Counted from the stretch's first letter, positions 37,261-45,862 are shown. The stretch is DNA of 64,000 nt from Candidatus Micrarchaeota archaeon (GCA_021792395.1 JAJYUR010000002.1:5592-69591); one strand, 5' to 3'. Notes: generated by a model from the letters alone, not told the origin. Program-made: numbers and translations.

Positions 37261-38067
37261 TTGAATTACTCTTACAACGGAAGCAACAAAGAAAAAGTGG
37301 TCTTCGCAGGACAGAAAGACATAAACGCCAGTTTCAAGGATCTGACGGAAGTGTGCACGTCCATAAGGTACATGAAGGCGGAGAAGGCGGTAGACATGCT
37401 GGATTCCATAATCTCCTTAGGTATGCCAATAGAATTCAAGCGATTCAACAAAGGCATGGGTTCGAGGCATGAAATAGGAGGAAAGAAGGGCAGGTATCCA
37501 AAGAAATGCGCCGCGATAGTCAAGAAGACATTAATCAATGCTATATCAAATGCAAAGATGAAGGGCAACGATGTCGAAGACATGGTCGTAGTGCATGCTG
37601 CAGCCAACAAGACACAGATACTAATGAGGACACCTTCAAAGGGCGTTCTTTTCTTCAGTGACAGTTACGGGTACGGCACATTAAGGAGGAGCGACATAGA
37701 GTTTTCTAAAGTTGAGATAGGATTGGCCAATCCTTCAGAAATCAAGTTAAGCGATAAGGCTAAGGCAGCGATAAAAGCGAAGGCATTCAAGGCGAAGGCA
37801 ATACCTGTTGCAAGCCTAGAGGCAATTAAGCTTAAGAAGGCGGAGAAGGCAAAACCATCGAAAGGTCATATACACCCGGAAATGGATAAAAGCACGCCTA
37901 AGCAAACCATAAAATCCGAACAACCAAACCCTTCCGAAACTCCCATGAAGGAAGAAAAGGCAAAAGAACGCAAAGAGATAGCTAAGGATGTTCAAAAACC
38001 CTCTGCCAAGGCAACAGAAGGCGAAAAGAAGCATGAGCATAACACTGGAAACAAACAAGGCGTATGA
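37261..38067 (+). CDS. rpl22: 50S ribosomal protein L22 with a ~110-aa Lys/Ala/Glu-rich C-terminal extension
   Basis: L22 core (INASFKDLTEVCTSIRYMKAEKAVDMLDSI...VVVHAAANKT), TTG start, then a low-complexity tail (KAKAAIKAKAFKAKA...EKAKERKEIAKD...). 268 aa total. Confidence 0.8.
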   Translation: MNYSYNGSNKEKVVFAGQKDINASFKDLTEVCTSIRYMKAEKAVDMLDSIISLGMPIEFKRFNKGMGSRHEIGGKKGRYPKKCAAIVKKTLINAISNAKMKGNDVEDMVVVHAAANKTQILMRTPSKGVLFFSDSYGYGTLRRSDIEFSKVEIGLANPSEIKLSDKAKAAIKAKAFKAKAIPVASLEAIKLKKAEKAKPSKGHIHPEMDKSTPKQTIKSEQPNPSETPMKEEKAKERKEIAKDVQKPSAKATEGEKKHEHNTGNKQGV

Positions 38068-38693
38068 CGATGGCAATAGAAAAAAAGTTCATTGACGATT
38101 CCATAATCAAGGCAAACATATCAAAATTCCTAAGCAAAGAACTTTCCCGTGCCGGATTCTCAAGGGTCGAGATACAAAAGACGCCTGTACTTACAAGGAT
38201 AACGGTGCATGTTCTGAACCCTGGGAAGGTCATAGGAAGGGCAGGAAAGACCATAGACGAGCTTACTGACGCCATAAAAAAGAGGTTCAATGTTAACAAT
38301 CCTCAGATAAGCGTAGTTGAAATAGACAACAAGATGCTCGAACCGCTGCTCGTAGCAAAGGACATAGCATTCAAGCTCGAGAGGTCTATAAATGCAAGGA
38401 AGATACTACAAATGACCCTAAAAAGCATAATAGAAAACGGGGCCATAGGCACAGAGATAATAATAAGTGGCAAGCTTGCGGCAAAGGGTGCACGCGCCAA
38501 AACAATAAGAAAGAGCGTAGGCTACATGCCGAAAGCCGGCGACGTGATGAATCTAGTTACAGAGGGTGTCGCAACGGCGTACCCTAAGTATGGCGCCATA
38601 GGCATAAAGGTAAGGATAGTTCCTCCAGGAACGAAATTCCCTGACAGGGAAATGAAAGTGCTTGAGATGCCGAAGTCCATAATGAATAGCTAA
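38064..38693 (+). CDS. rps3: 30S ribosomal protein S3
   Basis: KH domain (VEIQKTPVLTRITVHVLNPGKVIGRAGKTIDEL) and operon position after L22. Confidence 0.9.
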   Translation: MTMAIEKKFIDDSIIKANISKFLSKELSRAGFSRVEIQKTPVLTRITVHVLNPGKVIGRAGKTIDELTDAIKKRFNVNNPQISVVEIDNKMLEPLLVAKDIAFKLERSINARKILQMTLKSIIENGAIGTEIIISGKLAAKGARAKTIRKSVGYMPKAGDVMNLVTEGVATAYPKYGAIGIKVRIVPPGTKFPDREMKVLEMPKSIMNS

Positions 38694-38755
38694 TAAAACC
38701 AAAATTAATATTAAATAGCCGGCACCATTTAATTTACTCTATTAGTGATATAAGC

Positions 38756-41700
38756 ATGGGTTCAATAATACTGATAAGCTTAATAGCTTTCTTCTCGATG
38801 TTCATACCCGGCATACTTCTAGCATTTGCATTGCTGAAAAACACAAAGCTTGGGTTTTTCGAGATATCAGTAATAGGGTTCATATTCGGGCTTATAGCTC
38901 CGGCAACGATGACATGGCTCGAAGCGTATCTGGCTAATTATATACATTTCTTCTCATTCTCTCTAGCGCTGTTTGAGGCGAATGCAGCGGTATTATCCGT
39001 AATAGGATTGATATTATGCATACAGCAGGGAGTTTTCACTATCGATTCATTAAAGAGGCTAAAATCTGTCGTCAGGGTAAATGAAGCCAAATCAGAATCA
39101 GCTGAAATCTCATCAATGGAAAAGGATTACAAGAAAAGGCTTGAAGAGCTTAGGGCGAGGCTGGGCAGTTTTGAAGACTCCAAAGCAATAATAAAGAAGC
39201 ACCTCGAAGAAGAAAATGCTCTCAGGTCAAAGCAGTCATCCGAATTGGAGAAGGTGTCGTTCGATGAAGAAGAGAAGGCTAAACTTGAGAAGCTGCACAG
39301 GGAAGAGCTCGAAAGGCTCGCCTTAGATCATGAGCAAGAGGAAAAAATACTTCTGAAAAAGCTTTCGAGCAACACAAAAGACATATCAAGCTTCAATGCG
39401 TATGGATTTCTATCCAAAAACTGGGTATGGCTATTATTATTGCTTATAATGCTGCTCACATTTGCAACAAGGATGCAGAGCATCGGCATCGCCCCAAAAT
39501 TCTTTGAGTTTGATCCTTATTTTGACATGCTGAGCGCACAGTCCATACTGACGTTCGGGCATCAGCTGTTATATTCCCCATCTGCATGGCCAACCATACC
39601 TACGGGCACCATAATGAGGATACAGCCCATAGTGCCATATCTGGAAGCTTACTGGTACAGCTTAGCCAATTCATTGGGACCGCATCTTTCTACATTCAGC
39701 ACATCTCTGATGAGTTATGTTAGCGGCGTATATCCGCCCATAACTGCAGCACTTCTGGTATTCGTAATATTCATGCTCCTTTATCACGAGTATGACAAAT
39801 ACATAGCGCTCATAGGCGCATCGCTTGTAGCAACAATGCCAGTTATATTCAGCACATTCGTGGCTGGCGAGCAGCTCCTGGAGCCATGGGGCATATTCAC
39901 GCTGTTCTTCTTCTTTGCGGCATACATGCTGGCAGTCAAGAACATGAAGAGCAAGCGCCTTGCTATATTCGCAGGCATCGCATTCGCATCAACATTCCTG
40001 GGCGCGCATTATTATACTGTAGATACAGGTGTATTGACGCTTTACATATTGATACAAGGGATAGTGAGCCTTGCACGCAGGGACCTGAGCAAGGATTTCT
40101 ACAAGATGAATGCTATAGTGCTTGTTGTCATAGGCATATTCCTGGCGGTTTATCATCCATACCATGCAACGCTTTCAGGAAGGATACCCAACCTATTAGG
40201 CTTGCCTATAACAATCGGAGCACCCCTGTTCGCATTAATACTCATAGCTATAATGGACTACATACCAAAAATCCTGCATAAAAACCATATACTATTCAAG
40301 CGCCTTGATAGCAAGACTTATCTTGAATGGATTGTGCTGCTGATAATAATCGTAGGATTGGTCATGCTGCTTACTCCAATAGGCAAGCCCATAACAGCGT
40401 ACATAAACCTTAGCAAGAAGTTCACAACGCCATCCTCACCTCTTTTCATGACTGTTCAGGAGTTCATACCGACTGGGTTGGCGTATAATTTTGCAGCACA
40501 GGGCTTCGGAATAATAGGTGCAAGTATAGGCGGCTTGCCGTTATTGGTATGGATAATATCTGCGCTTGGCATCATTATGCTTTTAATCAGCATAATATTC
40601 AGGAACAGCAAAACCGGCATCTTTTATCTTGCCATAGTGATTCCGCTCATGGTCGCAGGATTCTCTGAAGTAAAATACATGCCGCACTTCGGTGTTGCAT
40701 TCATATTGTTATTCTCTATAATAATAGGCGAAATATTCTATCTGGCAAAAGCCAAATTCAAGCTCCAGAACGAATCAAAGCTGACCGACGAAGAAAACAG
40801 TAATCTATTCTCGGATATCTACAAGAACAACAAGCTACTGGTATACAGCGTTTTCGCAATAGCCCTGTTCTTCATATCAACAATACTTGCAGTGATATTC
40901 CTTCTGGTCGCAATATCATTTGATAAAGTTCCAGGACAGAAGATGAAGCTATATGCGCTTACTGCCCTGTTCGTCATAATAATAATCATCAGTACTATAA
41001 TGAATCACTCCGTGCTTCTCGGAGAATCCTCATCAATAACGAATTCAATTTCCGCATATTTCACCAACAATGCGAATCCGTCTGCTGCCTGCTCTGTAAT
41101 AGACAGCCACGGCAACAGCATAGGTGCAGACCTATACTGCAACGTAGTGCCAAGCTACTGGCTAACCGCCGCGCAATGGATGGCAGCCAATATTGGCCCA
41201 TACGCTCCGCGTGTCTTAGCATGGTGGGATTATGGAGACTGGATAAACTGGTTCGGCCACAGCAACGCCGTAATAAGAGGGGACAACGCCAACGCTCTGG
41301 AAGATTATGCAGTGGCGGCCGATTATGTGCTTGGTCCTAAGGATGGCTTCAATTCAAGCGTAATGGCCAACATGATGAACACAAACGAGACCAAATACAT
41401 AGTGATGGACCAAGGGCTCATACAGAAATGGCAGGCTTTGGATTTCCTAGCATGCGTACATACAAATGCAACGTCCGAAGCGTATGCAATAGCGCAAGGG
41501 CATGCGTCAAACCCGCCTGTACCATATGCGCTAGGAAATTCCCCGTGCGAAATAGCTCATGACCCAGAATTTGCAGTCATACCTCTGCCGGCACTGCTTC
41601 CGCAAAACTCTTCAACACAGAGTTTGTCGTACTACTGCTCAATGTCAAACAGCACTACGCAATTCGTTAAAACCTATCTGGTGCATGGCAACAGCCTATC

Positions 41701-42109
41701 AAACAGCACTATTTGTGTAGACACAACGCCAAACAGCAATGGCGTATTAAGCACATACGATGCAAATGGGACCAAGCTGAATGCGGTATTGCAATCATCT
41801 GAATTGCTGGGCGAAGTGAGCATAAGCAACATCCCATTCTTAGAATACCTTATGATATACCTGCCAAACGCCCCTAACAACACAATAACCGATGCGCCTT
41901 CCCAATTCTATAATTCATCATTCTACAAAGGGTTCTTCTTCGGCACACTACCTGGATTCAAGCAGGTTTATCCGGCAAATGCAACAGGCATAAACTTCGT
42001 GAACGGCACATACCCTATAAGGATCCTTGCACTGGACAACTTTACCGGAAAACTGCCTCCCGTGCCGTCGAAACCAAGTTATGTGCACAATAATCTAACG
42101 ATGCCTTAG
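38756..42109 (+). CDS. aglB: archaeal oligosaccharyltransferase AglB/STT3 with an N-terminal add-on
   Basis: WWDYGDWI (WWDYG motif), first-loop acidic motif FEFDPYFDM, more than 13 TM helices and a sequon-rich C-terminal soluble domain. Residues 1-220 are extra: 3 TM helices plus a K/E-rich coiled coil. Confidence 0.85.
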   Translation: MGSIILISLIAFFSMFIPGILLAFALLKNTKLGFFEISVIGFIFGLIAPATMTWLEAYLANYIHFFSFSLALFEANAAVLSVIGLILCIQQGVFTIDSLKRLKSVVRVNEAKSESAEISSMEKDYKKRLEELRARLGSFEDSKAIIKKHLEEENALRSKQSSELEKVSFDEEEKAKLEKLHREELERLALDHEQEEKILLKKLSSNTKDISSFNAYGFLSKNWVWLLLLLIMLLTFATRMQSIGIAPKFFEFDPYFDMLSAQSILTFGHQLLYSPSAWPTIPTGTIMRIQPIVPYLEAYWYSLANSLGPHLSTFSTSLMSYVSGVYPPITAALLVFVIFMLLYHEYDKYIALIGASLVATMPVIFSTFVAGEQLLEPWGIFTLFFFFAAYMLAVKNMKSKRLAIFAGIAFASTFLGAHYYTVDTGVLTLYILIQGIVSLARRDLSKDFYKMNAIVLVVIGIFLAVYHPYHATLSGRIPNLLGLPITIGAPLFALILIAIMDYIPKILHKNHILFKRLDSKTYLEWIVLLIIIVGLVMLLTPIGKPITAYINLSKKFTTPSSPLFMTVQEFIPTGLAYNFAAQGFGIIGASIGGLPLLVWIISALGIIMLLISIIFRNSKTGIFYLAIVIPLMVAGFSEVKYMPHFGVAFILLFSIIIGEIFYLAKAKFKLQNESKLTDEENSNLFSDIYKNNKLLVYSVFAIALFFISTILAVIFLLVAISFDKVPGQKMKLYALTALFVIIIIISTIMNHSVLLGESSSITNSISAYFTNNANPSAACSVIDSHGNSIGADLYCNVVPSYWLTAAQWMAANIGPYAPRVLAWWDYGDWINWFGHSNAVIRGDNANALEDYAVAADYVLGPKDGFNSSVMANMMNTNETKYIVMDQGLIQKWQALDFLACVHTNATSEAYAIAQGHASNPPVPYALGNSPCEIAHDPEFAVIPLPALLPQNSSTQSLSYYCSMSNSTTQFVKTYLVHGNSLSNSTICVDTTPNSNGVLSTYDANGTKLNAVLQSSELLGEVSISNIPFLEYLMIYLPNAPNNTITDAPSQFYNSSFYKGFFFGTLPGFKQVYPANATGINFVNGTYPIRILALDNFTGKLPPVPSKPSYVHNNLTMP

Positions 42110-42149
42110 ACAACGTTTTTATTTGTATTGATGTAAAAGTATTTACCAT

Positions 42150-42237
42150 GGGCTTGTAGCTCAGCCTGGTCAGAGCGGCGGTCTTATAAATATCTTAAGA
42201 AAGCCGTAGGTCGAGAGTTCAAATCTCTCCAGGCCCA
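42150..42237 (+). tRNA. tRNA-Ile (anticodon UAU) with a 13-nt canonical intron (37/38)
   Basis: Acceptor GGGCTTG/CAGGCCC, D arm GCTC-AGCCTGGTCA-GAGC, anticodon stem GCGGT/GCCGT, loop CTTATA[intron]A, T arm GAGAG-TTCAAAT-CTCTC. The intron at 42189..42201 has a BHB motif: 4-bp helix CTTA:TAAG flanked by the 3-nt bulges TAA and AAA. Confidence 0.7.
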
Positions 42238-42426
42238 TGTCTTCATAGAGTTATATATAACGACCACCATTTCTACATTTTAAAAAAAAGACAGCAAGGC
42301 AAATGTGAATTATAACGGCATGTATGGTTTAATCAATATACGTTATGCTCATCTTTGGGCATATGCACAATACCTAAATTAACCAGCGCACAATGGGTGC
42401 ATTGAGGTAGCGCCGTTAATACAGAA

Positions 42427-43125
42427 TCATTTACGAAGCGTGCTGCTGTTTATTACATCAAACTTTCCTTGTAAAATGGCATCAGCTATGATTGCTTTTT
42501 CTTTCTCAGTTACCTGTGTATGCTCAAAAATTGCATATTTTATGTTGTCTATTGTATTGGGCGTATCCAAACCCTCTGCATCGATAAGATTTGCATAACC
42601 AAAGTATACCTCCTCAAGGTTTGCATTTTTAAGGTTCGCTCCACGAAGGTTTGCATTTTTAAATGAAACCCTCCGAAGGCACGCATTCTCAAGACTCGCA
42701 TATGGGATATTCGCATTCTCAAGATTCGCATTCTCAAGACTCGCATATGGGATATTCGCATTCTCAAGATTCGCCCCATAGAGATTTGCATTCTGGAGTT
42801 GTGCGCTATGAAGGTCGGCACCTTGAAGCTTTGCATTACTAAAGTCCATCCACTTAAGGTTTGCGTTCCTAAAGCTAGCATTTTTAAGATTAGCACCAAT
42901 CATACATGCACCATTAAGTTTTGCATCGTTGAGATTTATGCCCTCAAGGTTTGCACCATTAAGGTACATTTGCGATTCAAACTCTTCCCTTGAAAAATCA
43001 CGCCTACCAGTTGCATATTCCTTTATGAGCTCATCTTTACTAACATGCTTTCTTATTAATCCTTCTGCAGTGAATACATCTGTGCTAACCTGATTTATGG
43101 TAACGATACCTTTTAGTGTTTGCAT
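42427..43125 (-). CDS. pentapeptide-repeat protein
   Basis: About 30 consecutive A(D/N)LxX pentapeptides (ANLEGINLNDAKLNGACMIGANLKNASFRNANL...), preceded by a ~55-aa non-repeat N-terminus. Confidence 0.8.
   Translation of the reverse strand: MQTLKGIVTINQVSTDVFTAEGLIRKHVSKDELIKEYATGRRDFSREEFESQMYLNGANLEGINLNDAKLNGACMIGANLKNASFRNANLKWMDFSNAKLQGADLHSAQLQNANLYGANLENANIPYASLENANLENANIPYASLENACLRRVSFKNANLRGANLKNANLEEVYFGYANLIDAEGLDTPNTIDNIKYAIFEHTQVTEKEKAIIADAILQGKFDVINSSTLRK
42682..42771. repeat. perfect 45-bp tandem duplication inside the pentapeptide-repeat gene
   Basis: cgcattctcaagactcgcatatgggatattcgcattctcaagatt occurs at 42682-42726 and again, identical, at 42727-42771. Each copy encodes three pentapeptide units. 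Confidence 0.9.
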
Positions 43126-43283
43126 ATAATCACAAAGATATAGCGATTTAGGAAATATTTATACATTTGTTTTTTATCACTTAAGCTTTGAAATGCACAG
43201 TCTGCATCAAGTTTGCATGGCATGTTTCAGTTGCATCTAAAATGCTGATTGCAATGTCGGGGAAGTACTTCGGGGACGGGGTT

Positions 43284-44312
43284 TTAAATTTTAAATTTGC
43301 TGAAAAGTTCATTTATGTTGTGTTTGACTAATTGGACATATTGCGGCGCAAAGCCAAAACTGCCTACCACACATATCCCCAAATCGGAATAGGTTATTAT
43401 TGAAAGTTTTGGGATCTTATCATTTGAATCATGCACTTCATATAAATCGTTTATCATATCTTTCAGTTGCACTACGAAGTTAGCTATTAAGTTATAATCA
43501 TTAGGTTTCAGGTAGACTATAGAAAAATATCCCGACATGCTGCCCGAATTTACCTGAAAACCCGTAGATTTGCCGTTTTCAGATTTTTCTATCGTTATTT
43601 TTGGCCACGATGGAAACATCTCATTTGCTATGTTATTTTCCATTATGGTGGCCACTGTCCGCGCTATGTGTGTTTCATTTGTGCCAAGTGCATTCCCTAA
43701 GATGCTTCTAAGGTCTATATTGTCAGATCCGCTTCGCATTGATGTATACATTGCTATAAAATCCGAAAGCTTTGATTCGATGTTCTGCATTGCCAAAAGG
43801 ACGTTTTTCACTATATATGGAAAATTTTCAATGTCTGATTGTTCTTCTATCGCCTTTATCAGTTTTTGTGCAGTTAAAAGTGTATCCTTAAAACTCATAT
43901 CGGCGTAAGCTTTTTTTCCCATTTCTAAGAGTACATCTGTTATGGGTTCTGAATTTTCAGCCAAATCGTGCTTAAGCAGGTTTACAATTTCATCTTCATC
44001 TATGGATCCGTTTTGCATTCCAGATTTTTTTATGCCTAATTCCTCCCGTATGTAATCTACTGCAAGCTTCTTATCGACTATGAGCCCGGTTAGCTCTGTA
44101 AGCTTTTCCAAGTTAGAGTATGACTCACAATACCTGCGGTTCATAACGGATAAATCTAACGCCGCTCTTAATGTCGTTTTATTTTTCACCCTCAGCAGGC
44201 TGTATAAAACAACATCTGAAAATTTTGATATTAACTCCTGCCTTTCCTTATTGATATCGCACTCTATTAATGTATTGGATGTTTCCAATAAATATTTTTG
44301 TTGTTTTTTCAT
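43284..44312 (-). CDS. hypothetical protein (orphan, 342 aa)
   Basis: Long uninterrupted ORF in an AT-richer stretch, with no motif I recognise. Same strand as the pentapeptide gene. Confidence 0.5.
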   Translation of the reverse strand: MKKQQKYLLETSNTLIECDINKERQELISKFSDVVLYSLLRVKNKTTLRAALDLSVMNRRYCESYSNLEKLTELTGLIVDKKLAVDYIREELGIKKSGMQNGSIDEDEIVNLLKHDLAENSEPITDVLLEMGKKAYADMSFKDTLLTAQKLIKAIEEQSDIENFPYIVKNVLLAMQNIESKLSDFIAMYTSMRSGSDNIDLRSILGNALGTNETHIARTVATIMENNIANEMFPSWPKITIEKSENGKSTGFQVNSGSMSGYFSIVYLKPNDYNLIANFVVQLKDMINDLYEVHDSNDKIPKLSIITYSDLGICVVGSFGFAPQYVQLVKHNINELFSKFKI

Positions 44313-44606
44313 GAAAAACGTTTTTTGTTTTAAACATTCATTTTTGCAGTTTATAATTCATCATTATGCCAACTAAACGATTCTGGCTGCCGCCATGCAA
44401 TAAGGATTCACAGGTTTCCATATTGTGAGCAATTACTTCTTCCATAAGCTGCGCCTCAAAGCCTGTTATAATAAATCCAAGCATATAATATTTATAGATT
44501 GGCGCGTGTGCATAGTTCAACTTTTGTCGAATCTATGATTGACATTTATTAATGTTTATGATCAAGCTTCTTTAAACATACTAAAAACATGTGAAAGAGT
44601 GTCTAT

Positions 44607-45260
44607 ATGGTTTTAATGAACAAAGAGATTGGCAGAGAATTTAATATAGAAAAAGACATATCTATGGTGACAATAAAGCCAGAACCACTATCAGATGGAA
44701 GAGCTGAGAAGATAATCGAATTTCTTTCTTCCTACTGCAATAATAATGGCCTGACCATAATACGTGATACAAACATAACCATAAAGAAGGAGCATATACT
44801 TGAGCATTATGGCGGCCCAAATAAGCTTGTAGAAGTAGGTAAGAAGGTTCTTGCATCAATAAGAATGCAAAATCCTGAAACAAAAGCAAAACTTGAGGGC
44901 ATGGGATTCACATCAAAATCAGAGGAAGAACTAGGCATGATGATACGTGACAAAGAGTTAAGGGATTATCCTGGCAAAGAATTTAGAGTTTTGATAATAG
45001 TAGGAAGGGATGCGTTATCAAAACTACGATCGTTGCGCGGTGCTTCTGACCCGTCAATCTCTGCCAGAGGCACATTAAGACACGAATTTTCTACCGGAAT
45101 GACCGTAGCCGACATACTATTATACAACAAACCACTAGATAATGTAGTGCATACGCCTCTCAGCACAGAGGAACTCTGCACAGAGCTTTATAGTATCTTC
45201 AACATGTCCCCTAAGGAAATGCTCGATTCCACAGACTATGTAAAAAGCCTAATAAGGTGA
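44607..45260 (+). CDS. divergent nucleoside diphosphate kinase-like protein with an internal insertion
   Basis: VTIKPEPLSDG...EHYGG, LIIVGRDALSKLRSLRGASDPSISARGTLRHEF and DNVVHTPLSTEE resemble NDK (IKPD, EHY, GxTxP...GTIRGDF, NxxHGSDS). About 60 extra residues sit in the middle. Confidence 0.4.
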   Translation: MVLMNKEIGREFNIEKDISMVTIKPEPLSDGRAEKIIEFLSSYCNNNGLTIIRDTNITIKKEHILEHYGGPNKLVEVGKKVLASIRMQNPETKAKLEGMGFTSKSEEELGMMIRDKELRDYPGKEFRVLIIVGRDALSKLRSLRGASDPSISARGTLRHEFSTGMTVADILLYNKPLDNVVHTPLSTEELCTELYSIFNMSPKEMLDSTDYVKSLIR

Positions 45261-45278
45261 CAAATACAAGTTTAATGC

Positions 45279-45770
45279 ATGATGCATATGGAGATATTTG
45301 ATGCATATATAGAGATGCTTGCCGGCTCATCAGTAAAGCATGTGTATGACGAGAAGCGCGGAAGGTTGATAGTGCACAGGAAATCCGCGCTGCCTCTGCC
45401 AAAGCGCTTTAACTATGGATTCATACACGGCACAATGAGCGAGGACGGCGACCCTCTTGATGTCTTTGTAATGAGCAACAAGCGCCTCAAGCTCGGTGCA
45501 ACAATCCGCATACGCCCAGTGGGCGTACTATATGTAGAAGATGAGATGGGCTCCGACAATAAAATAATTGCTGTCGACGCTTCAAACAGGAGGATGGACA
45601 GCTTCAATGAATTTCTGGAACTAGGAAATGATGAGATTGCAAAGCTATCGTACATGCTTGAACACAATAAGTACGGGATGGAGGGCAGATGGACAAAAAT
45701 AAAAGGCCAAGGCAGCAGCGCCGAAGCCATAATCGAGATACGCAAATCGATGAGAAGCAGAAAGCCCTAA
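45279..45770 (+). CDS. ppa: inorganic pyrophosphatase (family I)
   Basis: FNYGFIHGTMSEDGDPLDVFVMS and PVGVLYVEDEMGSDNKIIAV. Confidence 0.85.
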   Translation: MMHMEIFDAYIEMLAGSSVKHVYDEKRGRLIVHRKSALPLPKRFNYGFIHGTMSEDGDPLDVFVMSNKRLKLGATIRIRPVGVLYVEDEMGSDNKIIAVDASNRRMDSFNEFLELGNDEIAKLSYMLEHNKYGMEGRWTKIKGQGSSAEAIIEIRKSMRSRKP

Positions 45771-45862
45771 TAAATCAATATGCTGCGCAATTAAATATGC
45801 CAGATACACAGGCATAAAACATATACAGAAAGGATAAATATTTATCCAAATAATGTTTTTTT

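Noticed and set aside
42549-42899. Regularly spaced short repeats that could be mistaken for a CRISPR-like array
   Set aside because: The periodicity is 15 nt and its multiples, and it lies inside one continuous pentapeptide-repeat ORF. There are no unique spacers, no leader and no cas genes.
43259-43281. G-tract cluster (GGGG-N9-GGGG-N2-GGGG) as a G-quadruplex
   Set aside because: Only three G runs are present. A fourth would be needed for an intramolecular quadruplex.
44338-44520. 60-aa - strand ORF with a TTG start between the orphan gene and the NDK-like gene
   Set aside because: It is too short, has no motif, and has an uncertain start. It is mentioned only as part of the islet and is not annotated as a gene.
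42238-44606. att-type direct repeat of the tRNA-Ile 3' end delimiting an integrated element
   Set aside because: I looked for a copy of the tRNA 3' segment (TTCAAATCTCTCCAGGCCCA) at the distal end of the islet, around 44.3-44.6 kb, and did not see one. No integrase gene is present. The islet is reported only as compositionally and functionally atypical.
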